Below are positions 49,603 through 62,765 of a stretch of 64,000 nucleotides of DNA, in pieces. A program made the position numbers and the translations under genes. The DNA is from Mobula hypostoma (taxonomy: Eukaryota), in contig NC_086098.1 of the NCBI RefSeq assembly GCF_963921235.1, positions 7,936,001 to 8,000,000 of the forward strand, read 5' to 3'. How positions within the stretch are numbered: the stretch's first letter is position 1; every line of letters starts with the position of its first letter. A model generated the notes under the pieces. The model was not told where the DNA came from, searched no databases, and saw only the letters and a program-made list of their open reading frames with translations.

Positions 49603-52173
49603 AGAAACATAGAAACATAGAAGATAGGTGCAGGAGTAGGCCATTCGGCCCTTTGAGCCTGCACCGCCATTCAGTACGATCATGGCTGATCATCCAACTC
49701 AGAACCCTGTACCTGCCTTCTCTACATAACCCCTGATCCCTTTAGTCACGAGGGCCATATCTAACTCCCTCTTAAATATAGCCAATGAACTGGCCGCAAC
49801 TGTTTCCTGTGGCAGAGAATTCCACAGATTCACCACTCTCTGTGCAAAGAAGTTTTTCCTCATCTCGGTCCTAAAAGGCTTCCCCTTTATCCTCAAACTG
49901 TGACTCCTTGTTCTGAACTTCCCCAACATCGGGAACAATCTTCCTGCATCTACACTGTCCAATCCCTTTAGAATTTTATACATTTCAATAAGATCCCCCC
50001 CTCAATCTTCTAAATTCCAGAGAGTATAAGCCTAGTCGATCCAGTCTTTCATCATATGAAAGTCTTGCCGTCCCAAGAATCAATCTGGTGAATCTTCTTT
50101 GTGCTCCCTCTATGGCAAGAATGTCTTTCCTCAGATTAGGGGACCAAAACTGCACACAATGCTCCGGGTGTGGTCTCATCAAGGCCTTGTACAACTGCAG
50201 TAGTACCTCCCTGCTCCTGTACTCGAACCCTCTCGCTATAAATGCCAGCATACCATTCGCATTTTTTCACTACCTGCTGTACCTGCATGCCCACTTTCAA
50301 TGACTGGTGTACAATGACATTCAGGTCTCATTGCACCTCCCCTTTTCCTAATCCACCACCATTCAGATAATAATCTGTTTTCCTGCTCTTGCCACCAAAG
50401 TGGATAACCTCACATTTATCCACATTAAATTGCATCTGCCATGAATTTGCCCACTCACCTAACCTATCTAAGTCACCCTGCATCCTCTTAGCATCCTCCT
50501 CACAGCTAACACTGCCGCGCAGTTTTGTGTCATCCGCAAACTTGGAGATGCTGCATTAAATTCCCTCGTCTAAGTCATTTATATATATTGTAAACAACTG
50601 GGGTCCCAGCACTGAGCCTTGCGGTACCCCACTGGTCACTGCCTGCCATTCTGAAAAGGTCCCGTTTATTCCCACTCTTTGCTTCCTGTCTGCTAACCAG
50701 TTCTCTATCCACATCAATACCATACCCTCAATACCGTGTGTTTTAAGTTTGCACACTAATCTCCTATGCGGGACCTTGTCAAAAGCCTTTTGAAAATCTA
50801 AACATACCACATCCACTGGTTCTCCCCTATCCACTCTACTAGTTACATCCTCAAAAAATTCTATGAGATTCGTCAGACATTATTTTCCTTTCACAAATCA
50901 ATGCTGACTTTGTCTGATGATTTCACCGCTTTCTAAATTTCCAAAATGTTATCACATCTTTGATAACTGACTCTAGCATTTTCCCCACCACCGATGTCAG
51001 GCTAACCGGTCTATAATTCCCCGGTTTCTCTCTCCCTCCATTTTTAAAAAGCAGGGTTACATTAGCCACCCTCCAATCCTCAGGAACTAATCCAGTGTCT
51101 AAAGAGTTTTGAAAAACTATCACCAATGCATCCACTATTTCTTGGGCTACTTCCTTAAGCACACTGGGATGCAGACCATCTGGCCCTGGGAATTTATCTG
51201 CCTTTAATCCCTTCAATTTACCTAACACCACTTCCCTACTAACATGTATTTCCCTTATTTCCTCCATCTCACTAGACCCTCGGTCCCCTACTATTTCCGG
51301 AAGATTATTTATGTCCTCCTTAGTGAAGACAGAACCAAAGTAATTATTCAATTGGTCTGCCATGTCCCTGTTCCCTATGATCAATTCACCTGTTTCTGTC
51401 TGCAGGGGACCTACATTTGTCTTAACCAATCTTTTTCTTTTCACATATCTATAAAAGCTTTTACAGTCAGTTTTTATGTTCCCTGCCAGCTTTCTCTCAT
51501 AATCTTTTTTCCCTTCCTAATTAAGCCCCTTGTCCTCCTCTGCTGAACTCTGAATTTCTCCCAGTCCTCAGATGAGCCACTTTTTCTGGCTAATTTGTAT
51601 GTTTCTTCTTTGGAATTGATACTATCCCTAATTTCCCTTGTCAGCCACGGGTACACTACCTTCCCTGGTTTACTCTTTTGCCAAACTGGGATGAACAATT
51701 GTTGTAGTTCTTCCATATAATCTTTAAATGCTTGCCATTGTATATCCACCGTCAACCCTTTAAGTATCATTTGCCAGTCTATCTTAGCTAATTCACGTCT
51801 CATACCTTCAAAGTTACCCTTCTTTAAGTTCAGAACCTTTGTTTCTGAATTAACTATGTCACTCTCCATCCTAATGAAGAATTCCACCACATTATGGTCA
51901 CTCTTACCCAAGGGGCCTCGCACAACAAGATTGCTAACTAACCCTTCCTCATTGCTCAAAACCCAGTCCAGAATAGCCTGCTCTCTAGTTGGTTCCTCGA
52001 CATGTTGGTTCAGAAAACCATCCCGCATACATTCCAAGAATTCCTCTTCCTCAGCACCTTTACCAATTTGGTTCACCCAATCTATATGTGGATTGAAGTC
52101 ACCTATTATAACTGCTGTTCCTTTATTGCACACATTTCTAATTTCCTGTTTAATACCATCCCCAACCTCACTA
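49603..52173 (-). mobile_element. CR1 LINE ORF2 nested in CR1
   Basis: [60 protein letters not shown]; (agaaacat)n tail; short TSD ctat. Confidence 0.93.
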
Positions 52174-52454
52174 CTATGTCGGCACATCTTTTTTAGATGA
52201 GGACCCCAAACCTGTTCACAATATTCAAGGTGAGGCCTCACCAGTGTCTTATAAAGCCTCAGATTCACAGCCCTACTCTTGTATTCTAGACCTCTTGAAA
52301 TGAATGCTAACATGGCATTTGCCTTCCTCACCACCGACTCAGCCTGCAAGTTAACCTTCAGGGTGTTCTGCACAAGGATTTTCTCCCCGTTTAGAAAACA
52401 GTTTTCACATTTATTTCTACTACAAAATGCATGACCATGCACTTTCCAACATTG

Positions 52455-53065
52455 TGAAACACTCTGATTCTGTTGGCTCCGTACGTCTAGGGAAGACCAC
52501 CTCTGGCCCCGCCAAACGGGTGAGATTGAGGTGCAAAACCTCCTGTTTGTGTGGATGCTGCATGGTTTGTTACCCCGTTACAAATCAGCACCGTGAAATA
52601 ACAGACAGTTCACTGCGTACTATCAAACAATTTAGCTTTACAATTATTAATTTGTCTAGACATAGACATAGAAATAGACGTACTTTATTGATCCCGAGGG
52701 AAATTGAGTAAAGGGTTAGCAAAGAAAAAGCAAGTAAAGAGAATAGGGCTCATTTTAATGAAATAGTCGAATGTGCACAAGTTGGAGCTCACGCTTTCTC
52801 CTTCGACGATCCTCCTTCAATCTCCCCAAGCTTCATCGAATCATGGCCCCACTCCAGGTCGAGTCCTACAACCTCTTCTCCCTTCGTCTCCCGCAGAAAA
52901 AAAAGACCCAGCTCACCCCGGTGTCAGGCACACAACATGAAAACACACTCCCATCACATTCACAGCTCACATTCCTTTGCATCTGTTATCTCTAGTCATA
53001 ACCCAAACACTGCTTCTACAGATAAACCATTACGTTAGCAGTGAAACCTTTTCCAGGGTGTTACA
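52455..53065 (-). mobile_element. Solo LTR of the same Gypsy family as 29607-30208
   Basis: TG..CA ends, 4-bp TSD attg; shares tgtttgggttatgactag and gtgagctccaac..tttcattaaaatg with that LTR; contains a ~50-bp LINE tail at ~52656-52706. Confidence 0.85.
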
Positions 53066-53311
53066 ATTGTATTTTATTTGCCACTTTCTTGCCCATTCTC
53101 CTAATCTGTTTAAGTCCTTCTGCAGCTTTCCTTTTCCCTCGATAGTACCTGCTCCTCCACCAATCTTTGTATCATCTGCAAACTTGACAACAAAATCATC
53201 TAAATCATTGATATGCAGCATAAAAAGCAGTCCCAACATCGATCCCTGCAGAACACCAGTATCTCTGGCAGCCAAACAGAAAAGGATTCTTTTATTCCCA
53301 CTCACTGCCTC

Positions 53312-54201
53312 TGTCATATGGGGGGGCGGGGGGCGCTGGGAACGGACCCAAATGCAAGACACAGACACTGAAGTACTAGGAACAGGAACGGACAAAACTA
53401 AATGACAGGACAGGAACACAGACTAGGCTAGAGAAGCAGGACCAGGATGAGGGACTGGGAACAAGGAACCTGGGTCTTGACTTGGATTGAGACCCCAAAA
53501 CCAGGCAAAGGCATGATGAGGCTCGGGTTCTTGGAGACCACGTGAAGACGTGACAAGGCTTGGGTTCCTGGAGATCAGGCAAAGACATGACGAGGTTCGG
53601 GTTCTTGGAGACTAGACGAGGACATGACGGGGCAAGGGTGCCTCGAGGCAACTCCTGGGCAGGACACGGGAATCCACCCCACAGAGACAAGGACGGGGAG
53701 GGATAGACCCAACCAGAGGGTAATGGCAAACGGCCTGACTTACCCGACAGAGGCACAGGACAGGAAGGAACAGAACCAGCTGCAGGGTAATGGCAAATGG
53801 CCTGACTTACCCGACAGATGCAAGGGACAGAAAAAGGCAGAACCAACCACAGGGTGACAGCAATCAGCCTGGCTTACCCAACGGAGGCAAGGGACAGGAA
53901 GGGAGCTAGGTCCAGGGTGGCTCCAAGACTCGGGGCGGCCAGTAAGCTCGGCAGGCTACAGAACAGCCAAATCCATATCTCAATGACTGCACCAGCCTTC
54001 CATCAGTGGGCTGCTCCAAGGGAAGACTGATGAGACAACCCAGCCCCCACACTCGATCCCAGGGCCACTTATATTCCCAGCCCTAGGATGAGCATCAAGT
54101 GCTTATGGTTAAGTCCAACCGAAACAAGGGACAGCCAGAAGACCCGGAGTCTGCGGACCGGACAGTGAACAGGAATGCGGAGTTTGGACCGGACTATGAC
54201 A
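53312..54201. mobile_element. Solo LTR (890 bp) of a second LTR-retrotransposon family
   Basis: TGTCATA...TATGACA ends; 5-bp TSD gcctc (53307-53311, 54202-54206); internal tandem repeats. Confidence 0.85.
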
Positions 54202-54985
54202 GCCTCCTACCAATTAGCCAATGCTCTAACCATGCTAGTAACTTTCCTGTAATACCATGGACTCCTAACTTGATAAACAGCCTCATGACTGACATCTTGT
54301 TAAAGGCCTTCAGAAAGTCAAAATAAACATCTCCTTTATCTATCCTGCTTGTAATCTCCTCAACGAATTCTAACAGGTTCATCAGGCAAGATTTCCTCTG
54401 AAAGAAACCATGCTGACTTTGTCTTATCTTGTCATGTGTCACCAAATACTCCAGAACTTCATCTTTAGCAATTGTCTCCAACATCTCCCCAGCCACTGAG
54501 GTCGGGCTAATTGGTCTATAATTTCCTTCCTGCTGCCTTCCTCTTTTTTTAAAGAGTGGCGTGACATTTGCAATTTTCCAGTCCTCTGGTCCTTGCCAGA
54601 GTACAATGATTTTTGAAAGATCATTTCTAATAGCACTACAATTTCTATCATTACCCCTTTCAGAACCCTAGGGTGCAGTTCATCTGGTCTGGGTGACTTA
54701 AGTACCCTTAGGTCTTTCAATATTTTGAACACTTCTCCCTTGTAGTAGTAAACTGCACTCACTTCTCTTCCCTCACGCCCTGCAACATCTGGCAAACTGC
54801 TACCATCTTCCATAGTGGAGACTGATGCAAAATACTCATTTAATTCATCTGCCATCTCTTTGCCCCTCGTTATTATTTCTCCGGCTTCATTTTTTAATGG
54901 TCTTATATCCATTCTCAACTCTCTTTTATTTTTTACATATTTGAAAAAGCTTTTGATATTATTTGAAAAGCTTGCTTTCATATTT

Positions 54986-55624
54986 GATGATGGTGATTAT
55001 GAAGACATGTAGTCCTCTTTTATTGTCATTTAGTAATGCATGCATTAAGAAATGATACATTATTTCCTCCGGTGTGATATCACAAAACACAGGACAAACC
55101 AAGACTGAAAATACTGACAAAACCACATAATTATAACATATAGTTACAAACAGTGTAATGATACCATAACTTGATGAAGAAGTCCGTGAGCACAGTAAAG
55201 TTCAAAGTCTCTCAAGTGTCCCACATCTCACGCAGACGGAAGAAGGAAGAAAAACTCTCCCTGCCATATCCGCCCACAATCCGACTCTGAGTCATCCGAT
55301 GACTTCGAGCTCTGATCAGCTCTCCGACACCGAGTACTGAGCGCCATCTCTGTCCGAATGATTCGACCTCCTTCTCAGTCACCAAAAGCAGCCAAAAGCA
55401 GGCAAGACCGGGGATTTTGAGGCCTACCCTCCGAAAGGTTCATAACCACACAGTAACGACAGCAGTGAACGGGCGTTTCAGAAATTTCTCCAGATGTTCC
55501 TCTGTGCTTTCACATCCATTCTCCATCAAATCAGAATTGTCTACGGCCCCTATGTAACAGATACGATATCATTTTCACCGGGGAGCTGCGCACGTGCGGC
55601 GCGCTGCCATCTTTTCCTCCCGCC
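54986..55624 (-). mobile_element. Non-autonomous retroposon family B, copy 3 (divergent subfamily)
   Basis: Reverse complement head gaaaagatggcagcg; same internal blocks and 3' gacaataaa as the other copies. Confidence 0.85.
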
Positions 55625-55777
55625 TAATCTTTAGATTAGATTATGAGGACACTCAGTCCTTGTTTATTGTCATTTAGAAATACATGCATTAAGAAATGAT
55701 ACAATGTTCCTCCAGAGTGATATCACAGAAAAACAGGACAAACCAAAGACTAACACTGACAAGACCACATAATTATA

Positions 55778-56025
55778 CTTTATACTTTATTGTCGCCAAA
55801 TAATTGATACTAGAGCGTACAATCATCACAGCGATATTTGATTCTGCTCTTCGTGCTCCCTGGAGTACAAATTGATAGTAAATATTAAAATTTTAAATTA
55901 TAAATCATAAAAACAAAATAGAAAACGGAAAGTAAGGTAGTGCAAAAAATCCGGGAGGCAGGTCCGGAGGGTATGGCCCAGATTCGGGTCAGGATCCGTT
56001 CAGCAGTCTTATCACAGTTGGAAAG
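55778..56025 (-). mobile_element. Rex-Babar/L2-like 3' end nested in family B
   Basis: Reverse complement encodes FFPTVIRLLN; (ctttata)n tail; 7-bp TSD aattata (55771-55777, 56026-56032). Confidence 0.85.
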
Positions 56026-56502
56026 AATTATAACATATAGTTACAGCAGTGCAAAGCAATACCATAATTTGATAAAGAGCAGACCATGGGCACGATAAAA
56101 AAAAAGTCTCAAAGTTCCGATCGACTCCCAATAGTCCCGATAGCAGGCAGCATAAGGGAGAAACTCTCTCTGCCATAAACCTCCAAGCGCTGACAACTGC
56201 CGATGCATTGGAAGCACCCGACCACAGCCGACTCTGTCCGTCCGAAAACTTCGAGCCTCCGACCAGCCCTCCAACACCAAGCACCGAGCACAATCTCTGC
56301 CGAGCGCTTCAACCCTATCCCGGCCGTTGAGCAACAAGCAAAGCCAAGGACTCGGGGCCTTCTCCTCCAGAGATTCTGGATCACACAGTAGCAGCGGCAG
56401 CGAAAAAGGCATTTCAGAAGTTTCTCTAGAATTTCCTTCGTTCTCTCATGTCTGCCTCCATCAAATCAGGATTGTGCACAGCACCCTACTTGACAGATTA
56501 CA

Positions 56503-59500
56503 TAGAACATAGAACATAGAATAGTACAGCACAGTACAGGCCCTTCGGCCCACAATGTTGTGCCGACCCTCAAACCCTGCCTCCCATATAAGCCCCCCAC
56601 CTTAAATTCCTCCATATACCTGTCTAGTAGTCTCTTAAACTTCACTAGTGTATCTGCCTCCACTACTGACTCAGTCAGTGCATTCCACGCATCAACCACT
56701 CTCTGAGTAAAAAACCTTCCTCTAATATCCCCCTTGAACTTCCCACCCCTTACCTTAAAGCCATGTTCTCTTGTATTGAACAGTGGTGCCCTGGGGAAGA
56801 GGTGCTGGCTATCCACTCTATCTATTCCTCTAATTATCTTTTACACCTCTATCATGTCTCCTCTCATCCTCCTTCTCTCCAAACAGTAAGGCCCTAGCTC
56901 CCTTAATCTCTGATCATAATCCATACTTTCTAAACCAGGCAGCATCCTGGTAAATCTCCTCTGCACCCTTTCCAATGCTTCCACATCCTTCCTATAGTGA
57001 GGTGACCAGAACTGGACACAGTACTCCAAGTGTGGCCTAACCAGAGTTTTATAGAGCTGCATCATTACATCGCGACTCTTAAACTCTATCCCTTGACTTA
57101 TGAAAACTAACACTCCATAAGCTTTCTTAACTACCCTATCCACCTGTGAGGCAACTTTCAGCGATCTGTGGACATGTACTCCGAGATCCCTCTGCTCCTC
57201 CACACTACCAAGTATCCTGCCATTTACTTTGCACTCTGCCTTGGAGTTTGTCCTTCCAAAGTGTACCACCACACACTTCTCCAGGTTGAACTCCAACTAC
57301 CACTTCTCAGCCCACTTCTGCATCCTATCGATGTCTCTCTGCAATCTTTGACAATCCTCTACACTATCTACAACACCACCAACCTTTGTGTTGTCTGCAA
57401 ACTTGCCAACCCACCCTTCTACCCCCACATCCAGGTCATTAATAAAAATCATGAAAAGTAGAGGTCCCAGAACAGATCCTTGTGGGACACCACTAGTCAC
57501 AATCCTCCAATCTGAATGTACTCCCTCCACCACCACCCTCTGCCTTCTGCAGGCAAGCCAGTTCTGAATCCACCTGGCCAAACTTCCCTGGATCCCATGC
57601 CTTCTAACTTTCTGAATAAGCCTACCGTGTGGAACCTTGTCAAATGCCTTACTAAAATCCATATGGATCACATCCACTGCACTACCCTCATCTATATGCC
57701 TGGTCACCTCCTCAAAGAACTCTATCAGGCTTGTTAGACACGATCTGCTGACTGTCCCTGATCAGACCATGATTCTCTAAAGGCCTATAGATCCTATCTC
57801 TAAGAATCTTTTCCAACAGCTTTCCCACCACAGACGTAAGGCTCACTGGTCTATAATTACCCGGACTATCCCTACTACCTTTTTTGAACAAAGGAACAAC
57901 ATTCACCTCCCTCCAATCCTCCGGTACCATTCCCGTGGACAACGAGGACATAAAGATCCTAGCCAGAGGCTCAGCAATCTCTTGTCTCGCCTCGTGGAGC
58001 AGCCTGGGGAATATTCCATCAGGCCCCAGGGACTTATCTGTCCTAATGTATTTTAACAACTCCAACACCTCCTCTCCCTTAATATCAACATGCTCCAGAA
58101 CATCAACCTCACTCATATTGTCCTCACCATCATCAAGTTCCCTCTCATTGGTGAATACCGAAGAGAAGTATTCATTGAGGACCTCGCTCACTTCCACAGC
58201 CTCCAGGCACATCTTCCCACCTTTATCTCTAATCGGTCCTACCTGCACTTCTGTCATCCTTTTTTTCTTCACATAATTGAAGAATGCCTTGGGGTTTTCC
58301 TTTACCCTACTCGCCAAGGCCTTCTCATGCCCCCTTCTTGCTCTTCTCAGCCCCTTCTTAAGCTCCTTTCTTACTTCCCTATATTCCTCAATAGACCCAT
58401 CTGATCCTTGCTTCCTAAACCTCATGTATGCTGCCTTCTTCCACCTGACTAGATTTTCCACCTCACTTGTTACCCATGGTTCTTTCACCCTACCATTCTT
58501 TATCTTCCTCACTGGGACAAAATTATCCCTTACATCCCGCAAGAGATCTCTAAACATCGACCACATGTCCATAGTACATTTCCCTGCAAAAACATCATCC
58601 CAATTCACACCCGCAAGTTCTAGCCTTATAGCCTCATAATTTGCCTTTCCCCAATTAAAAATTTTCCAGTCCTCTTTGATTCTATCCTTTTTCATGATAA
58701 TTATAAAGGCCAGGGAGCGGTGGTCACTGTCCCCCAGATGCTCACTCACTGAGAGATCTGTGACCTGACCCGGTTCATTACCTAGTACTAGATCTAGTAT
58801 GGCATTCCCCCGGTCGGCCTGTCCACATACTGTGACAGGAATCCATCCTGGACACACTTAACAAACTCTGCCCCATCTAAACCCTTGGAACTAATCAGGT
58901 ACCAATCAATATTAGGGAAGTTAAAGACACCCGTGATAACAACCCTGTTATTTTTGCACCTTTCCAAAATCTGCCTCCCAATCTGCTCCTCTGTATCTCT
59001 GCTGCTACCAGGGGGCCTATAAAATACCCCCAATAGAGTAACTGCTCCCTTCCTGTTCCTGACTTCCACCCATATTGACTCAAAAGAGGATCCTGCTACA
59101 TTAGCCACCCTTTCTGTAGCTGTAATAGTATCCCTGACCAGTAATGCCACCCTTCCTCCCCTTTTTCTGCCCTCCCTATCCCTTTTTAAGCGCTGAAATC
59201 CAGGAATATTGAGAATCCATTCCTGCCCTGGTACCAGCCAAGTCTCCGTAATGGCCACTACATGATAATTCCATGTATGTATCCAAGCTCTCAGTTCATC
59301 ACCTTTGTTCCTGATGCTTCTTGCATTGAGGTACACACATTTCAGCCCTTCTGCCTTACTGTCTTTACACCGTTTATTCTGCTTCTCTTTCCTCAAAGCC
59401 TCTCTGTATGTTAGATCTGGCTTTACTCCATGCACTTCTTTCACTGCTCTATCGCTCTGGGTCCCATCCCCCTTGCAAATTAGTTTAAACCCTCCCGAAC

Positions 59501-59895
59501 CAATCTAGCAAACCTACCTGCAAGGATATTGCTTCCCCTCGAGTTCAGGTGCAACCCATCCAATCTGTACAGGTCCCACCTTCCCCAGAAGAGATCCCAA
59601 TGATCTAAAAATCTAAAACCCTGCTCCCTGCACCAACTCCTCAGCCATGCATTCAACTGCCATCTCCTCCAATTCTTACCATCACTGTCACGTAGCACTG
59701 GCAGCAATCCTGAGAATGTCACCCTTGAGGTCCTGTTCTTCAGCCTTCTGCCTAGTTCCCGAAACTCGCACTTCAGGACCTCATCCCTCTTCCTGCCTAT
59801 GTCGTTGGTCACAACAGGTATCACAACTTCTGGTTGCTTTCCCTCTCATACCAGGATGTCATGCACCCGGTCAGAGAGATCCCGGACCCTGGCAC
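56503..59895 (-). mobile_element. Best-preserved CR1 LINE: partial ORF1 esterase plus full-span ORF2 with few disablements
   Basis: ORF1 TNDIG..DGLHLN (SGNH); ORF2 [46 protein letters not shown]; (tagaaca)n tail. Confidence 0.95.
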
Positions 59896-60957
59896 ACAGA
59901 TATCATTCACCAGAGTGGCCGCTGTGCACTGCGTCGCACCGCCATCTTCTCCTCCTGATTAAACTTTTACTTGCTCTCTGTAAGTTTTTAAAAGCTTCTC
60001 AATCATCTGTCTTCCTGCTAATTTTTGTTTTGTTGTATGCCCTGTCTTTTGTTTTTATATTAGCTTTCACTTCCCTTGTCAGCCACGGTTGTACTCTTTT
60101 GCCATTTGTCTATTTCTTTGTTTTGGAATACATCCATCTTGCATTTTCCTCATTTTTCCCAGAAATGCACACCATTTCTGCTCTGCCATCCCTGCCAGCA
60201 TCTCCTTCCAATTTACTTTAGCCGACTCCTCACTCATATCACTATAATTTCCTTTATTCCACTGAAATTTTACTACCTCAATCTTTACATTTTCCTTATC
60301 AAATTCCAATTCAAACTCAATCATATTGTCATCACTGTACCCTAAGGGTTCTTTTACCTTAAGCTCCCTAATCATCTCTGGTTCATTACATCACACCCAA
60401 TCCAGTATAGCTGATCCCCTAGTAGGCTCAACAACAAACTGCTCAAAAAAGCCATCTCGTAGGCATTCAACAAACTCACTCTCTTGAGATCCATTACCAA
60501 TTCGAGTTTCCTAATCTACCTGCATTTTGAAATCTACCATGACTAACATAACATTGCCCCTTTGACACGCCTTTTCTATTACCCATTGCAACCTGTGGTC
60601 CACCCTCGTGCTACAGTTGGGAGGCATGTATATAACCGCTATCAGGGTCCTATTACTCTTGCAGTTTCTTAACTTAACCCACAAGGATTCAATATTCTCT
60701 GATCCTATGTCACATCTTTCTAATGATATGATGCCAGTCTTTACCAACAGAGCCACACCACCCCCTCTGCCTACCTTCCTATTCCTCTGATATAGCATGT
60801 AACCTTGGGCATTCAGCTCCCAACTGCAACGATCCTTCAGCCACGATTCAGTGATGGTCACAACACTATACCTGATAATCTGTTATAGTGCCACAAGATC
60901 ATCCACCTTATTTCTTATACTCTGTGCATTGAGATATAACACTTTGAGTACTGTATT

Positions 60958-62286
60958 GAGCAGCATATTTGGATAGCAGTAGCAGGATAGGTGCGAGTCA
61001 GCATGGATTTATGAAGGGGAAATCATTCTTGACTAAGCTTCTGGAATTTTTTGAGGATGTAAATATTAAAATGGACATGGGAAAGCCAGTGGATGTAGTG
61101 TACCTGGACTTCCAGAAACCTTTGATAAGGTCCCACATAGGAGGTTAGTGGGCAAAATTAGGGCACAGGGTATTGGGGGTAGGGTACTGACATGGATAGA
61201 AAATGGGTTGGCAGACAGGAAACAAAGAGTTAACGGGTCCTTTTCAGAATGGCAGGCTCGCAAGGGGTACTGCAAGGCTCGGTGCTGGGACCGCAGCTAT
61301 TTACAATATACATTAATGATTTAGATGAAAAGATTAAAAGTAACATTAGCAAATTTGCAGATGGCACAAAACTGGGTGACAGTGTGAAATGTGAGGAGGA
61401 TGTTATGAGAATACAAGGTGACTTCGACAGGTTGGGTGAGTGGGCAGATGCATGGCAGATGCAGTTTAATGTGGATAAATATGAGGTCATCCGCTTTGGT
61501 GGTAAAAATGGGAAGGCAGTTTACTATCTGAATGGTGTCAAGTTAGGAAAAGGAGAAGTACAACAAGATCTGGGTGCCCTTGTTCATCAATTTCTGAAAG
61601 TAAGCATATAAATACAGCAGGCAGTGAAGAAAGCTAATGGCATGTTGGCCTTCATAACAAGGGAGTTGAGTATAAGAGCAAAGAGGTCCTTCTGCAGTTG
61701 TACAAGGCCCTGGTGAGACCCCACCTGGAGTACTGTGTGCAGTTTTGGTCTCCAAATTTGAGGAAGGACATTCTTGCTATGGAAGGTGTGCAGCTTAGGT
61801 TCACTGGGTTAATTCCAAGGATGGTGGGAATGTCATATGTTGAAAGATTGGAGCAACTGGGCTTTATACACTGGAATTTAGAAAGATGAGAGGGTATCTG
61901 ATTGAAACACATAAGATTATTAAGGGATTGGACACGTTAGAGGCAGGAAACATGTTCCTGATGTTGGGGGAGTCCAGAACCAGAGGCCACAGTTTAAGAA
62001 TAAGGGGTAGACCATTTAGAACAGAGTTGAGGAAAAACTTTTTCACCCAGAGAGTTGTGGTTCTGTGGAATGCTCTGCCTCAGAAGGCAGTGGAGGCCAA
62101 TTCTCTGGATTCTTTCTAGAAAGAGTTAGATAGAGCTCTTAAAGATAGCGGAGTCAAGGGATATGGGGAGAAGGCAAGAACTGGATACTGATTGTGGTTG
62201 ATCAGCCATGATCACAGTGAATGGCGGTGCTGGCTCGAAGGGCCGAAATTGCCTACTCCTGCACCTATTGTCTATTGTCTATTGTC
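60958..62286 (+). mobile_element. CR1 LINE 3' part nested in the host CR1
   Basis: [32 protein letters not shown]; (ctattgt)n tail; short TSD tatt. Confidence 0.92.
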
Positions 62287-62765
62287 TATTTGCTACCCTT
62301 TTTGATTCTGCATCCCTAATACACTGATACTCACCCTGCTGGCTGCAGTTATGTCCTATCATTTGCCTGCCCTTCATGACAGACTGTCTGCATGCTATCT
62401 TTGCTTTTTTAGCATCCGACCTACCCTGAGTCCCTTCAATCTGTTTCCCACCTCACTTTCAAATTAGTTTAAACCCTCCCCAACAGCTCTAACAAACCTG
62501 CCCGTGAGAATATTGGTTCCCCTCAGGTTCAGGTGCAACCTGTCACTTTTGTACAGATCATATCTTCCCCAGAAGAAATTCTGAATTTGTCAGAGATTAA
62601 ATTATTTGGTTCATATTTTTCAAAGTTTTAGTTTTTATTTGCATTGGGAATTAGAATCAGATTTGGTTTCAGAATTGGAATTAGAATTGGTTTAGTGTTG
62701 TCACATACAGTGAAAAGCTTACCTTGCATACCGTTCATACAGATCAATTCGTTACAAATACGACT

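Larger units (their letters stand above)
55632..59955 (-). mobile_element. Family B copy 4, split into 55632-55777, 56026-56502 and 59896-59955
   Basis: Joining the pieces rebuilds the sequence of copies 1 and 2 (ttgacagattac|agatatcattcacc..cgccatcttctcc). Confidence 0.88.
49117..62578 (-). mobile_element. Host CR1 LINE (ORF1 end + ORF2 + 3' UTR) split by six direct insertions
   Basis: Colinear pieces 49117-49602, 52174-52454, 53066-53311, 54202-54985, 59956-60957, 62287-62578. Confidence 0.85.

Noticed and set aside
51474..52442. 322-aa ORF as a novel RT-endonuclease fusion gene
   Set aside because: Chance in-frame read-through across the junction of two nested CR1s at ~52174.
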